A DNA stretch of 64,000 nt from Eledone cirrhosa (GCA_964016885.1 OZ024752.1:41602001-41666000), one strand, 5' to 3'; positions 50,797 to 64,000 are shown, counted from the stretch's first letter. Program-made: numbers and translations. The notes: generated by a model not told the origin, from the sequence alone.

Positions 50797-51560
50797 GGTG
50801 GTGGTGATAGTGGTGGTGGTGAGTGTGGTGGTGATCAAGGCTACAGAAAGGGTGGCAGGGTGCCAGAGTAGAAAGATAGAAAGGGTGGGGAAGAGATAAT
50901 AATATGAATGGTGATGGTAGTGATAGTGGTGGTGGTGGTTGTGGTGGTGGTGATGGTTGTGGTGATAGTGGTGGTGGTGGTGGTGATAGTGGTGGTGGTG
51001 GTGAGTGTGGTGGTGATAGTGGTGGTGGTGGTGGTGATGGTTGTGGTGATAGTGGTGGTGGTGATGGTGGTGGTGATAGTGGTGGTGGTGGTGGTTGTGG
51101 TGGTGATAGTGGTGGTGGTGGTTGTGGTGGTGATGGTTGTGGTGGTGGTGATGGTTGTGGTGATAGTGGTGGTGGTGATGGTGGTGGTGATAGTGGTGGT
51201 GATGGTGGTTGTGGTGGTGGTGATAGTGGTGATAGTGGTGGTGGTTGTGGTGGTGGTGGTAGTGGTGATAGTGGTGGTGGTTGTGGTGGTGGTGATAGTG
51301 GTGATAGTGGTGGTGGTGATGGTTGTGGTGATAGTGGTGATAGTGGTGATGGTTGTGGTGATAGTGGTGGTGGTGGTGATAGTGGTGGTGGTGGTGGTTG
51401 TGGTGTTGGTGATAGTGATAGTGATGATGGTTGTGGTGATAGTGGTGGTGATAGTGTTGGTGGTGATAGTGGTGATAGTGGTGGTGGTTGTGGTGATAGT
51501 GGTGATAGTGGTGATGGTGATGGTTGTGGTGGTGGTGATATTGGTGGTGGTGGTGGTGTG
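49556..51560. repeat. GGT/GAT-rich compound microsatellites
   Basis: Direct reading; the Pro/Thr/His ORFs are artefacts. Confidence 0.9.
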
Positions 51561-52297
51561 AAAGATGCAGTAGAAATTAAGCAGAAGGTAGCAAAACTGG
51601 AGGCTGATGACATCTAGCAACATTTTAGAGGGGGTGGGCATGGTGGGCATGGTGGGAATGGTGTGAAGTGTAAATATGAGGAGAGTACATTTGACAGAGA
51701 GTATGGTGAGGGACTAGGAATAAGTTGTTTCAATAAATGTACTTATATATATATATACAGACACACAAACATGTATGTGTGCATAGATGTGTGCATATAT
51801 GTGTGGTATATATATATATATATATTTATGTGTGTGTGTGTTCATGTGTGTAGGTGTTTATATAATTACCACATTAAAAATACACATTCCACACACAAAT
51901 GAATCAAAAAGAGAACTTTAAAGTGGTCCCTACTAAAAATGGCATCCAAATATCCCTGAAATTACACACTACTCTTCTCAGAAATGAAGGCCATGTTAAA
52001 TGATCAAGAAATATGTTTCTAATGATATTACCAATGGTGAATTTAAAGTGTTACCATTAACTCCAAATTATTTTCAACAATCACTAACTTGTAAACAGCA
52101 GCTTTCATTAACCTCTTCAGTGCTGTTTGAACTTGTTTCCAACAGTTCATAACTTCAAAGTTATGAACTTATTTCCAACAGTTCATAACTTCAAAGTTTT
52201 GAACTTGTTTCCAACAGTTCATAACTTCAAAGTTTTGAACTTGTTTCCAACAGTTCATAACTTCAAAGTTTTGAACTCATTTCCAAACACTTTATAA

Positions 52298-52577
52298 CAG
52301 ACATGGGCAACCTTTTTCGAGAAGCGGGCTGCATGAGATATGGCTCATCATCAGGCGGGCTGCAAGCGCTAATTTACATTCGTACCCACATTTAAAAAAA
52401 GGGGTGGTAACTCAGGTTGTTTTGATTTATTTCTTCAAAATTCATACACATTGTTTTCCTCGATCGTAAAAATGATAGAAAGATAAATTATGACTGAAAA
52501 ATTGGGGTAAAAATATCAGAAAGATTTTGCTTAGGTGACTTAGGTGAGTCATTCAGAAAGCAGGTTGCCCATGTTTG
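52298..52577. mobile_element. hAT-superfamily MITE
   Basis: TIRs cagacatgggcaacct / aggttgcccatgtttg; exact 8-bp TSD CTTTATAA at 52290-52297 and 52578-52585. Confidence 0.92.
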
Positions 52578-53084
52578 CTTTATAACTTCAAAACTAGATG
52601 GAGTTCTTAGTTTATTGATGTGACGCTAATCAATCATTCAGATATGTGTTATTAATAAATGTTTGTTTAAAAAAATAGTCATTTTACTGAAAAAAAAAAC
52701 AACCTGACACAGCAACTGTAGCTGTGTAAAATATACACGGCAGTCAACAGGTTAAACCGCTTTAACTGTACACTAAGAAAAAGGTGAAAACATAATTTTA
52801 AGATATGAGAAAGTGTCCCCAAAACAACCCAACCACAACTGTACACTAAGAAAAAGGCAAAAAGATAAATTTAAGATATGAGAAAGTGTCCCCAAACATC
52901 CCTACCACAACAATACGGGGTGGGGTGGGGTGATGTGGGGGGCAAATGGTGTCAGTGAATGCTCTACCTTCTACTTAATTTCTAGTGTGGGGTCCCAACA
53001 GACAATGGAGAAAGCCTTGCACTGGTGACTGGCTAGAGTGACACATTGAAACAGCCATTTCAACTGGCAGGGCTCAAAAGTGAG

Positions 53085-53290
53085 TCAAACAAAACAAACA
53101 AACAAATATTTGTTGAATCAAGACTGACCAAGAGTGAAACAACAACAACACAGACTGTCTTAATATAGGGGGGGAGAACCCCTACCGATGCGCTGAACGA
53201 GTGTGACTTTTTAGTCCAGCCAGCGACTTGAAAACTCTGGTACAAACACTACACTTGTGACAATTATTGACACATAGTGCTGGGCCCATG
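53085..53290 (-). mobile_element. LINE (RTE-like) 3' end encoding a C2H2 finger
   Basis: Minus frame HKCSVCTRVFKSLAGLKSHTRSAHR*, then short UTR and (TTG)/(TTTG) tracts. Confidence 0.65.
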
Positions 53291-53353
53291 GTACCATGTG
53301 ACAACAAGTGCAGAAAGATCTCCAGATATAAAGCAATGCCTGTGCCGTGAAGC

Positions 53354-54010
53354 TTTTATAGTGAGCAAAGGCACTGCACAAAGCCAGTCCCACTCTCTTA
53401 ACCAAGATGATATTTACCAAAAAGAAGAACAAGTCAACATCATTGGATACCATCAGGGTTGCAGGTGTTATATCAGAGTTTTCCTTCTCCTAGAATTCTG
53501 CCTTGACAAAGGCTAAGGGGTCATCTCTCCCGGTGATTTTGGAGGATGGCCATTGACTCTTAAGAGCTCCTTTGCCCTTTGACAGGTTTTATAGTGAGCA
53601 AAGGCACTGCACAAAGCCAGTCCCACTCTCTTAATCAAGATGATATTTACCAAAAAGAAGAACAAGTCAACATCATTGGATACCATCAGGGTTGCAAGTG
53701 TTAGATCAGAGTTTTCCTTCTCCTAGAATTCTGCCTTGACAAAGGCTAAGGGGTCATCTCTCCCGGTGATTTTGGAGGATGGCCATTGACTCTTAAGAGC
53801 TCCTTTGCCCTTTGACAGGTTTTATAGTGAGCAAAGGCACTGCACAAAGCCAGTCCCACTCTCTTAATCAAGATGATATTTACCAAAAAGAAGAACAAGT
53901 CAACATCATTGGATACCATCAGGGTTGCAGGTGTTATATCAGAGTTTTCCTTCTCCTAGAATTCTGCCTTGACAAAGGCTAAGGGGTCATCTCTTCCGGT
54001 GATTTTGGAT
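53354..54010 (-). repeat. 233-bp tandem triplication of an RTE 5'-UTR-like segment
   Basis: ttttatagtgagc at 53354, 53587 and 53820. Minus strand contains ctaggagaaggaaaactctgatataa. Diverged inverted relatives at 54572-55028. Confidence 0.75.
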
Positions 54011-55053
54011 ACATACATACATACATACATACATATTTATATATTATGAAATACCCACAACTAAAATAAACAAAATATACATAATGGAAATATCTGAAGA
54101 TATAAATAAAGTTACATGGAGAGAGAGAGAAGGGGGAGAGGGGGGGGTATAATGACAGAGAGGGGAGGCAGAATGACAGAGAGTGGGGGGGGGGGATAGA
54201 GAGATAGAGAGGGGGTAGAATGACAGAGAGAGAGAGATATAGATATAGGAGGGGAGGGGCAGAATGACCAGAGGGGGGGGGGGGGGTAGAGAGAGATAGA
54301 AATAGATTTGGGGGGGTAGAATGACATAGGGGGAGGGGCAGAATGACAGAGAGAGAGATAGAGGGGGAGATAGCAAGTGAGTGTGTTTGTATACATATGT
54401 ATGACATGCATGTGTATGTGATGGAGATAACAGATGGATTAGAAGACTTGGTTTATATTTTGATAATAATGTGTCAGGTAGTGAAATAAGACAGAGAGGG
54501 GGGGGGGGTAGGAGGCTACTTACACACACATGTATATCACACATGTATATATATATATATATATATATATAGTGAAGGACCCCTAGCCTTTGTCAGGGCA
54601 TTCTTCTAGGAGAAGGCAACTCAGGAAACTGGGATAACTCCGATATAAAACCTGCGGCTCAGTAGATACCGATGATGTTGATCTTTTCTTCTTTTCGGGT
54701 TATAGCTACTGTCTCTCAGAGAGGGGGATTGGCTCAGTGCACAGTCGGGGCGGGGTAGGAGGCTACTTACACACACATGTATATCACACATGTATATATA
54801 TATATATATATAGTGAAGGACCCCTAGCCTTTGTCAGGGCATTCTTCTAGGTGAAGGCAACTCAGGAAACTGGGATAACTCCGATATAAAACCTGCGGCT
54901 CAGTAGATACCGATGATGTTGATCTTTTCTTCTTTTCGGGTTATAGCTACTGTCGCTCAGAGAGTGGGATTGGCTCAGTGCACAGTCTTTCCTCACTTTA
55001 AAAAATGTCTTCACGCACAGGCATTGCACGATAGAATTAATTAATAATTATTA

Positions 55054-55247
55054 ATAATTGTTTCTACTTTTGGCACAAGGCCAGCAATTATCCCAGTGTA
55101 TTACTGGTACTTTATTTTATCGACCCCCGTAGGGATGAAAGGCAAAGTTAACCTCGGCGGGATTTGAACTCAGACCATAAAGGGCCGTAACTCTTTGCTG
55201 CAAAGCATGGCGTCTGACCCTCTACCGATACTGCTAATACACCGCCC
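55054..55247 (-). mobile_element. Deu/Nin-like SINE in (AAT) target
   Basis: taataattattaataat on both sides. Confidence 0.9.
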
Positions 55248-55335
55248 TTAATAATTATTAATAATGGTATATCGTGCAATGGCCATACATGATAACGAAG
55301 GGGCAGCCAACATATATATATATACAAACACACAT

Positions 55336-55392
<57 letters not shown>

Positions 55393-55395
55393 CGG

Positions 55396-55680
55396 GGAGG
55401 CTCGTGGCCTAGTGGTAAGAGTGTTGGACTTACGATCATAATGTCGTGGTTTCGATTCCTGGGTTGCGTGTTGTGTTCTTGAGCATCTTGAGGAAAACAC
55501 TTCATTTCACGTTGCTCCAGTATACTCAGCTGAAAATGAGTACCAGCAATAGCTGGAGGTTTAACCCTGCGATGGACTGGTGTCCTGTCCAGGGGGGAGT
55601 CTTGTACTCACAGTCGCTTCACGCCATGGAACAGGGATAAGCTCTGGCCAAATGAGCCTTCTGGCTTAAGACAGACTTTA
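55396..55680 (+). mobile_element. CORE-type SINE with third tail type
   Basis: tRNA head ggggaggctcgtggcctagtggtaa..gtttcgattcc, CORE, tail aaccctgcgatggactgg...cagactt. Confidence 0.75.
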
Positions 55681-55912
55681 GATATATACAAACACACATA
55701 CATTCAAATTTAGATGTAAATGAAAAGAGTCAGGACCCCAACAGCTGAGCTCTGGATCTAGCTGTAGAAATGGTCAGAGCTCAGCCATTGGGGGTCCTGA
55801 CTTTTTTCATATTACCCACTCTACTACCCCAAGCATTGAGTACTCTGGTGAGTAATGGTCTAACTGGTTTTTACTGCATCCATTCTGATTTATATGTATA
55901 TATATATATATA

Positions 55913-56256
55913 TCATCATTTCATCATTTCATTTTACGTCCACTTTTCCCTGCTTGCAAGGGTGGGACGGGAACTGATTCTGGCTTGATTTCTACAGCTG
56001 GATGCCCTTCCTAACACCAACCTCATTTACAGTGAGTGCTGGGTGCTTTTTTTTGCCGTGGCACCTCCACGACCACTTTGCAGTGGAATGATAGTGACCC
56101 CAGTCCCTATCATCTCATTTCTACAGCTGAGTAAACTGGAGCAATGTGAAATAAAGTGCCTTGCTCAAGGAAACAACACATCACCCGGTCTGAGAATTGA
56201 ACTCACAACCTTTCGATTGCAAGGCCAATGCTCTAACCACTAAGCCATGTGCCTCC
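55913..56256 (-). mobile_element. CORE-type SINE with RTE tail
   Basis: Full-length reverse copy of the 1029-1365 family. Confidence 0.9.
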
Positions 56257-56321
56257 ATATATATATATATGCATGTATATATATATATATTTATATGTGT
56301 ATATATATATATACACACACA

Positions 56322-56570
56322 CACATGTGATGCGCATGGAGAATGACCGATGGGTGAAGAAGTGCCAGGAAATGCCAGTTGAAGGAAGACGTGGCAGAGG
56401 TAGACCACGAAAAACATGGGCGGAGGTGGTGAGAACAGACCTCAGATCATTGAAGCTCATGGTGGAGATGACGAAGGACCGTGACGAGTGGAGAGATGCT
56501 GTGCTGAATAAGACCCGTCCCACCCCTGCAAGCAGGGAAAAGCGGATGTAAAATGATGATGATGATGATA
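56322..56570 (+). mobile_element. 3' fragment of second RTE family
   Basis: HVMRMENDRWVKKCQEMPVEGRRGRGRPRKTW...REKRM* running directly into (GAT)n. Confidence 0.9.
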
Positions 56571-56577
56571 TTCATTT

Positions 56578-56651
56578 TCACCTGATGAGATCAGTGATAA
56601 TCGATCATGGCTTCACAATAGATCTATCTCTTATTGAAACATGTGTCGTGA
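56578..56651 (+). ncRNA. Type I hammerhead ribozyme motif with long stem II
   Basis: TCAC-CTGATGA-gatcagtgata...tatctcttatt-GAAAC-atgt-GTC-GTGA. Confidence 0.7.
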
Positions 56652-56974
56652 TTAAATGATTGGAATTTTACCTTGCCTTCGGATTTTCATTTTATACATC
56701 ATCATCATCATCACCGTTTTACGTCCGTTCTTCCATGCTAGCATGGGTTAGACGGGTTGTCCTGTTGTGGGCAGTGTCTGGTCGGCTGACCATGCCTTGC
56801 TCATACAGGCACTGATATATATAGATATATTTACACATACGTCTATATATACATACGCACACATATATGTACATATAAATACACACACATATATATATAT
56901 ATGCCAACATAATTAACATACACAAACATATACTGAGGGGCTATTATATGGGGGGGGGGGCATCCATGATCCAT

Positions 56975-57116
56975 ATTATGATGATGATAATGGTGATGAT
57001 GATGATGATAATGATGATGATGATGATAATGTTGATGATGATGATGATGATAATGTTGATGATGATGATAATGTTGATGATAATGATGATGATAATGTTG
57101 ATGATGATGATAATGT

Positions 57117-57169
<53 letters not shown>

Positions 57170-58350
57170 GCGGTGGTGGTGAGGATGGTGATGGTGGTGA
57201 GGATGGTGATGATGTGTGTGTGAGAGAGAAAGTGAGAAAGGTGTAAGGTGAGTGATAAAAGTAAAAAAAACCAAGAACAACAACAAAAACAGGAAAAGAT
57301 GAAAGGAAGAGAGAGAGAGAGGGGGGCAGGCAGACAGACAGACACTTTGATAACACAGTTTATTTATTATTGTTGTTGTGGTTGTTGTTATTCTGGCTTA
57401 TTTTGTTTCTAATCAGCAGTAGATAATAACAACATGATTTGATTGGTTAATAAAATGAGACAATTTCATTGGTTGACAATGCTGTGTAGTAAATCTGCAG
57501 TGGGGGACTTTAAGGTGATATGAGAAGATTTTGAAACATGAAATTAAGGGTTAATAACTTGTACTATAAGGGGAGCAACAATATGAATGAAAAATGGGAT
57601 TAGATATTCTTTAGGATACTATCACCAACATCACTTCTATCACCATCAACACCACTACCATCACCATCAACACCACTACCATCACCATCAACACCACTAC
57701 CATCACCATCAACACCACCACTATCACCATCAACACCACTACCATCACCATCAACACCACTACCATCACCATCAACACCACTACCATCACCATCAACACC
57801 ACTACCACCACCAACACCAACACCACCACTATCAACACCAACACCACCACTATCACCATCATCACCAACACCACCACTATCACAATCAACACCACTATCA
57901 CCATCATCATCAACACCAACACCACCACTATCACAATCAACACCACCACAATCTCTATCACCACCATCAACACCAACACCACCACTATCACCACCAACAC
58001 CACCACTATCACCACCAACACCACTACCACCACCAACACCAACACCACCACTATCAACACCAACACCACCACTATCACCATCATCACCAACACCACCACC
58101 ATCAACACCAACACCACCACTATCACCACCAACACCACCACTATCACCACCAACACCACTATCACCACCACCAAAACCACTATCACCACCACCATCATCA
58201 CCACCAACATCAACGCCAAACCACCACTATCAACACCATCATACCACCAACAATACCACTATTACCATCAACATCAACACCAACATGACAACACCATCAC
58301 CACCATGATAACGCCATCACCACCAACACCATCACCATCTTCACCATCAA
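56975..58350. repeat. (GAT)n (56975-57213) and (CAC/CAT/CAA)n (57618-58350) microsatellites
   Basis: Direct reading. Confidence 0.9.
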
Positions 58351-59339
58351 CATGCCTTTTACATGTTGAGTCCCTCACTCTGGCTCCCCCACAACTCCCA
58401 CATCACTCCACATCAAAAGAAAACATTCCTTTTTAGTTACACACCAGTATCAGTAAAGAAGGAAGGGGTAAGAAAGAGAGAAGGGGTTACTTCCTTGTTT
58501 CAAGGTTCAATGCTTCTACCAATCAGGTCCCTTTATACAGTTCATACTTCATTGAACACAAGCCAGAAAAGCACTCAAAGAATGAATTAAATGAATTTTC
58601 TTTCCATAAATGAGTGACTTTTTGTTGTTATTCTTTTGCTTTTTTTCTATTCTATTTTTCCTTTAAAATATTTTTGGAAAATCTTATTTATTTTTTACAA
58701 AGTTTCAGTTTTTCTTAAAAATAATTTTGCTTTTCAATTTTTATAATTCTATTTTTGTTGTTTTGTTGTTTTTTCCCCAATTGAAAAAAAAAAAAAAAAA
58801 TGAGTTAAGATTATGAAAAGAAATATTGTGAGTTCAACATTTTTCGCTCCAGATGATGTTGAAAAAATAATATTGAAAAACTTTGAATATATTTATTAAA
58901 ATCATCATGTATATTTTATTTTTATTTCTATTTTACTTTTTATATTTTAAAATTATCTAAACAAAGACACTATGTTTTTTTAATCTATTTTAAGTCTTTA
59001 ACTCTTTTGATCCCAAACCACCCTGAAACTGCCCCCACCCCACCCCCGGTTCTATGACATAATTATTCATTTTAAAATAATTATATTTTGTTTGACCAAT
59101 TTATAATAAAGTCTGAAATATTTTAGTTTTCTTCCTGTAATTGCTGACAAATAAATTTTTCTTAGTTTTTGCAATTTAAAATGTAAAGTATACCTCCTTA
59201 AACCCTTTAGCATTTAAACGCCAGAATTTTCTCACCTATTTCTGTTCAAACCAGCCTTAACTGGCCACTCATACTGATGTTAAGGTATTGTTTTTAAAAT
59301 AAATAACATCAAAATCTCCTAGATTCGATATTAATGGTG

Positions 59340-59937
59340 ATGATGCGCATAAAAGACAACAGCTGTATAAAAAAGTGCAGGGCGATCAAAGTTGACGGAA
59401 GTTACGGAGTAGCCTGACCCAGAAAAACCTGGGACGACTTGATAAATTCCGACCTTACACACTTACACCTCTCTAAGACAATGTCACTGGACCAAGATCT
59501 TTGGCGCTACGCAGTAATACAGAAGACCCACTTTGCCTAAGTACAAAGCGAAACCTACAGTCAGTAGGCACCTCTTAATCAAATATACACCCCACCCCCC
59601 TCCCACTACCCCAACTCCCCCACCCCCATCAACACCACCCCTTTCTCTGTAAAGTTATGTTGGTACCACAACATCCAGTCCTAAATAAATGAGGTCATGT
59701 AGGTGTCACGACAAAAAAAACACACAGTCCACTCTGTAATGTGGCCGTGTAGGTAACACGGTAAAACCCTCCCAGTCCACACTGTAAATGTGGTTGGTGT
59801 TAGGAAGGGCATCCAGCCATTGAAAACCTGCCAGACAGTCCTATACGAGCAAGACAACCAATCTTGCCTCAAGTGGGACAATTCCCGTCTAACCCATGCT
59901 AGCGTGGAAGATAGACGTTAAACGATGATGATGATGA
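59340..59937 (+). mobile_element. 5'-truncated, decayed copy of the RTE family at 1626-4410, abutting a truncated piggyBac MITE (59203-59331)
   Basis: Matches 3840-4410, with stops and a (GAT) tail. Confidence 0.9.
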
Positions 59938-60260
59938 CGGGGTCGATAAAATGAAGTACCAGTAATGCACTAGGTAATTGCTGGCCTTGTGCCAAAAGTA
60001 GAAACAATTATTTACTCATAGACAAACATTTCATCTTTGAGAGATTCAACAGCACTAATTAATCACTCATTGATCGTTAGGTTTAATAAAGGAAACATTC
60101 AAACATATGGCTCTATTTATATATATAAGTAAACCTAGAAAGATACAAACTTGATAATCTCTTTGGCATATGTCCATAATGTTCATAGATTGATTATTTT
60201 TCTTTGTTATCCTCACAGCTTACCTCCTTAACAACTCTCCTTAGTATGATGGAGGAATAG

Positions 60261-60298
<38 letters not shown>

Positions 60299-60299
<1 letters not shown>

Positions 60300-60440
60300 C
60301 TATATATATAAAACTGAGGATGTCTGCCTGTGTGTGTGTGAGTTTGAATCCCTAAAACTAGAGAACCACCCAACCGACTGTTTTCAAACTTTACACATGT
60401 AATACTTATGTTTCAGGGAGTGTTCTGAGCAAAAAACAGA
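60299..60440 (+). mobile_element. Possible Helitron-like 5' end
   Basis: a|TCtatatatataaaactgag...tgtctg...ttttcaaactttacacatg pattern. Similar to 14030-14120. Confidence 0.3.
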
Positions 60441-60637
60441 GTTGAGATGCGTGGCGTGTATAAGATGTGTAGAGGAATGAAGGAAAGAGCGTAAAGGATA
60501 AAAATAAAAATAACAACGAGAGAGAGAGTTACCTTGGGAGAGATTTAATTGTCCCTATATATTTCGGATTCACATCCATCAACTGGGGTTTTTTTTCGGG
60601 GTGGGGGGAAGGTTGTCTGTCGGAATATTATATATAT

Positions 60638-60669
<32 letters not shown>

Positions 60670-61329
60670 AATACACACACACACATATATATATAAATAT
60701 ATACACACACACATATATATATATATATATATGAAAAGAGTCAGGACCCCAATGGGTGAACTCCGGCTGTTTCGACAGCTAGATCCGAACTAAGCCACCA
60801 GTATTAGAACAGTGGGAATTTAGCTGAACTTATCAAGGGGTACAATCCATATATGGGCATGCAGTCAAAGCAAAAAAAGCCAAAAAAAAACTAAGCAGAA
60901 AATCTTAAAAGTTTGTTGTTTTTCTTGTCTGTCACGAGGAAGCGATTATTGAAGACCTGAAAATACTGGTAACCATGTAAAGAGCATAATGTGAGCAATC
61001 TGGTGTGTTTATTTTGTGGCTTATAAATGTATGGAGTGAGTTACTCTGACCTTAGACACTTGGCAAGAAATGGAAACAAAACTGAAGGAAGAAGAAAAAC
61101 ACAAACTATAATAAATAATTGTTTCTACTTTTGGCACAAGGCCAGCAATTACTCCAGTGCATTACTGGTACTTTATTTTATCGACCCCCGTAAGGATGAA
61201 AGGCAAAGTTAACCTCGGCGCGATTTTTACTATAATACACTCTGTCTAGCTCTACACCTCAACACAGAAGTGAACCTAAACATTGAGTGCTCTCCCGGGT
61301 GAACCTACAGCAACTCCAAGTTACACTCC

Positions 61330-61377
<48 letters not shown>

Positions 61378-61563
61378 AAAGATTGAAGAATAACATGTTC
61401 AACAGTACAAAAAAGGGTTTTATTTACAGTATTTAACAATTGTTTCACTGATTAAGTTATCTAAAAATTGCTGAACTACGCTAAAACTATCCACAATACG
61501 GAGTATTCACAACCTCTAACTGGATTACCTATAATGATATTTTGTTTAACCATCTTTTGATCT

Positions 61564-61600
<37 letters not shown>

Positions 61601-61605
<5 letters not shown>

Positions 61606-62051
61606 GTTTCTACTTTTGGCACAAGGCCAGCAATTATCCAGTACATTACTGGTACTTTATTTTATCGACCCCGTAAGGATGAAAGGCAAAGTTAAACTCG
61701 GCGGGATTTGAACTCAGAATGGCAAGGGCCGTAACTCTATACGTCAAAGCATGGCGTCCGACCCTCTACCGATACTGCCAATCCACCGCCCCTACAAATA
61801 TAGCTAAAGATAACCTATTAAAAAGATTTTGTGTAAAACTTACCTCATCTTTCTGTGTATCTATAATTGTTTCTACTTTTTGGCACAAGGCCAGCAATTA
61901 TCCCAGTACATTACTGGTATTTTATTTTATCGACCCCGTAAGGATGAAAGGCAAAGTTAACCTCGGCGGGAATTGAACTCAGATCGTAAAGGGACGTAAC
62001 TATGCTGGAAAGCATAATCCGACCCTCTACCGATACTGCAATCCACCGCCC
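61601..62051 (-). mobile_element. Two Deu/Nin-like SINEs (61601-61791, 61863-62051) of different subtypes
   Basis: Diagnostic segments differ (cagaatggcaagggcc vs cagatcgtaaagggac). Confidence 0.9.
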
Positions 62052-62103
62052 CTACAAATATAGCTAATGATAACCTATTAAAAAGATTTTGTGTAAAACT
62101 TAC

Positions 62104-63074
62104 CTCATCTTTCTGTGTATCTATAATGTCCTCCAAACATTGGTCATATTTACTGTCGTAATCATCCTCCGAGGATTCTGAATCTGACCAACTTCGGTCA
62201 AACAATTCTTCAGGAGACAAAGAAATAATCCCTTGCTCATTAATACTAGAACCTTTCTCTCGGTTGATAGATTTAAATAAATCAGATTGGGCATCCAGGA
62301 GACTAACGATTCCATTACGTGTATATCGTTTCGGTAATGAATTTGTGTTTTTGTGATTTTTATTAATGATCATTTCCTCATTTGCTAGAACCTTCTGTAA
62401 ACTTGGAGAACAGGATTGAGACTGGGGTAATGTATTGGCACTTGATTCTCCTCCATCAGCACTCCACTTGTTTTGATTAATTTTTTCCACAAAGGCACGT
62501 ACGTAGCCAACCGCCATTGTGGGGTTTGCAAGGTACTCATCTTTAAGTGGTACTGGCTTTTTGGCATTTTCTACTGGGGTGAAAGAGTTTGTGAGTTTCT
62601 CAATGGTTTGAGAGATGTGTTTTGTACGATTTTGAGGTGAGGAAGGCATGGATTTGGACATCTGGCTTTCAGTAATGGCTTTGTCTTTCAGGATTTTCAC
62701 TGGTGATGTGGTTTCTTTGTTCAGCTTCTGAAATTCACTGCATCTCTGCCGCACAATGCCAGAGAGCTTTGGTGATGTTGGTGTGGAACGTGAAGAATTC
62801 CATCCAGAGAGTGGAGGAGAATTTGACTGAGGGGCTTCATAAAAGGGAATTTCTTCATAGATTGGGGAGTCGGGGCAACTTTCTGTACTGTTGTCTAAAC
62901 GACACAGACAATTAGAGGAAGCACTTTCTACCTGTTCATTCTTTATTGCTTCTGTTGAACTGTCCTCAGCAGTGTTTCCAGAGATCACAACACCATTGAG
63001 TTTGTTGTGAGACTTGGTAAGTTTTGAGCCCACCCCTGTAATGAGGCGCTCCAAGAACTTCGGCTTGGCTGGTG
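62104..63074 (-). CDS. Large internal coding exon of an unidentified host gene (Ser/Pro-rich, likely disordered)
   Basis: Acceptor tttcag| at 63075, donor GAG|GTAAGT at 62103. Open frame PAKPKFLERLITG...PIYEEIP...SWSDSESSEDDYD...TQKDE; non-repetitive codon composition. Confidence 0.85.
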
Positions 63075-63868
63075 CTGAAATTATAACAAAAAAAAAAACA
63101 GTTAAAATTAATTTAAATCTTTCATTTTTACATTTAAGAAAAAAAAAACAAAAAAAACAAAAAAAAAACAGCCTATAATTTTCAAATAATTTTGAAAGTA
63201 ATCAATGAAATTATAATAGAAAATAAAAAGTTAAAATTAATTTAGCCTTTCATTACAATATTTTTAACAAAAAACACAGCCTATGATTTTCAAATAATTT
63301 GGAAAATAATCCATAAAATTTTAACAAAATAGATATTTTTTTAATTAATTTAGTCCTTTTGTTACCATATTTCAAAGAAAAATATGCTACCTATGATTTT
63401 CAAATCATTTTGTGTCATCAAGAATTTTTTACTGTTTAGCACCCAATACTCACTGTAAATGAGGTTGGGTGTTAGGAAGGGCATTCAGCTGTAGAAAGCA
63501 AGCCAAAATCAGTTCTGTATGAGCAAGACATGGTTATCTGACCCGGCATTGCCCACAACAGGACAACCCGTCTAACCCATGCTAGCGTGGAAAATGGTTG
63601 TTAAACAATGATGATGACGTTGATGAGTTAAGAAAAGAAGGGCAGTAGCCATGACTCTTTTCAGGGTCTCTGAGACTGGTTGGAGAGAAGGAGGAAGGTA
63701 TTCACAAACTGGAGACCTGGTATGATTGTTTGCAACAGAATATAGAGTAGACTCTGTCAAAATCAGCCAACTACCACACGAAACCATATTAGCAAGACAT
63801 TCTTGAAAAGTACAAATAGCACTACAAATAGCACACATTAAACCTTTAGCATTCACATTATTTTATAT

Positions 63869-64000
63869 ATGGATTGGCAGTATCGGTAGAGGGTCGGATG
63901 CCATGCTTTCCAGCATAGTTACGTCCCTTTACGATCTGAGTTCAAATCCCGCCGAGGTTGACTTTGCCTTTCATCCTTACGGGGTCGATAAAATAAAGTA
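63869..64000 (+). mobile_element. Deu/Nin-like SINE running off the window end
   Basis: Head ggattggcagtatcgg, B box, central domain. Confidence 0.85.

Noticed and set aside
49553-51650. 686-aa extensin/mucin-like ORF
   Set aside because: Microsatellite artefact
52305-52360. Minus-strand CTGATGA...GAAA within the hAT MITE
   Set aside because: Stem II does not close onto GAAA and there is no stem I or III pairing
53490-53552. HDV-like ribozyme in the RTE 5'-like unit (minus ggccatc...gatgacc)
   Set aside because: Forms a simple hairpin; the nested P2/P3/P1.1 order could not be identified by eye
61425-61455. Minus-strand GAAAC-aatt-GTT hammerhead half-site
   Set aside because: No CTGANGA partner found within the element; too incomplete to call

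Overview
Repeat-saturated animal genomic DNA. The SINE, RTE and microsatellite content is most consistent with an octopod cephalopod (inference, no database search run). Only one clear host coding exon is visible (minus strand, 62104-63074, low-complexity Ser/Pro-rich, unidentified), plus two weaker candidate downstream exons. The rest comprises: a recent 5'-truncated RTE-clade LINE with an uninterrupted ORF and a PHD-type zinc finger inserted inside its RT domain; 3' fragments of several other RTE families, two ending in C2H2 fingers; more than 25 tRNA-derived SINE copies; piggyBac-, hAT- and Tc1/mariner/pogo-type MITEs; a Penelope-like GIY-YIG fragment; and many micro- and minisatellites. 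The most striking hidden signal is a dispersed set of type I hammerhead ribozyme motifs: six with intact CTGANGA/GAAA cores and two degenerate. They sit in short elements embedded mostly in (TA)n tracts. Four long inverted repeats carry hammerhead 3' half-sites, which ties them to Penelope-like or retrozyme-type retroelements. Most long ORFs in the ORF track are artefacts of simple repeats.
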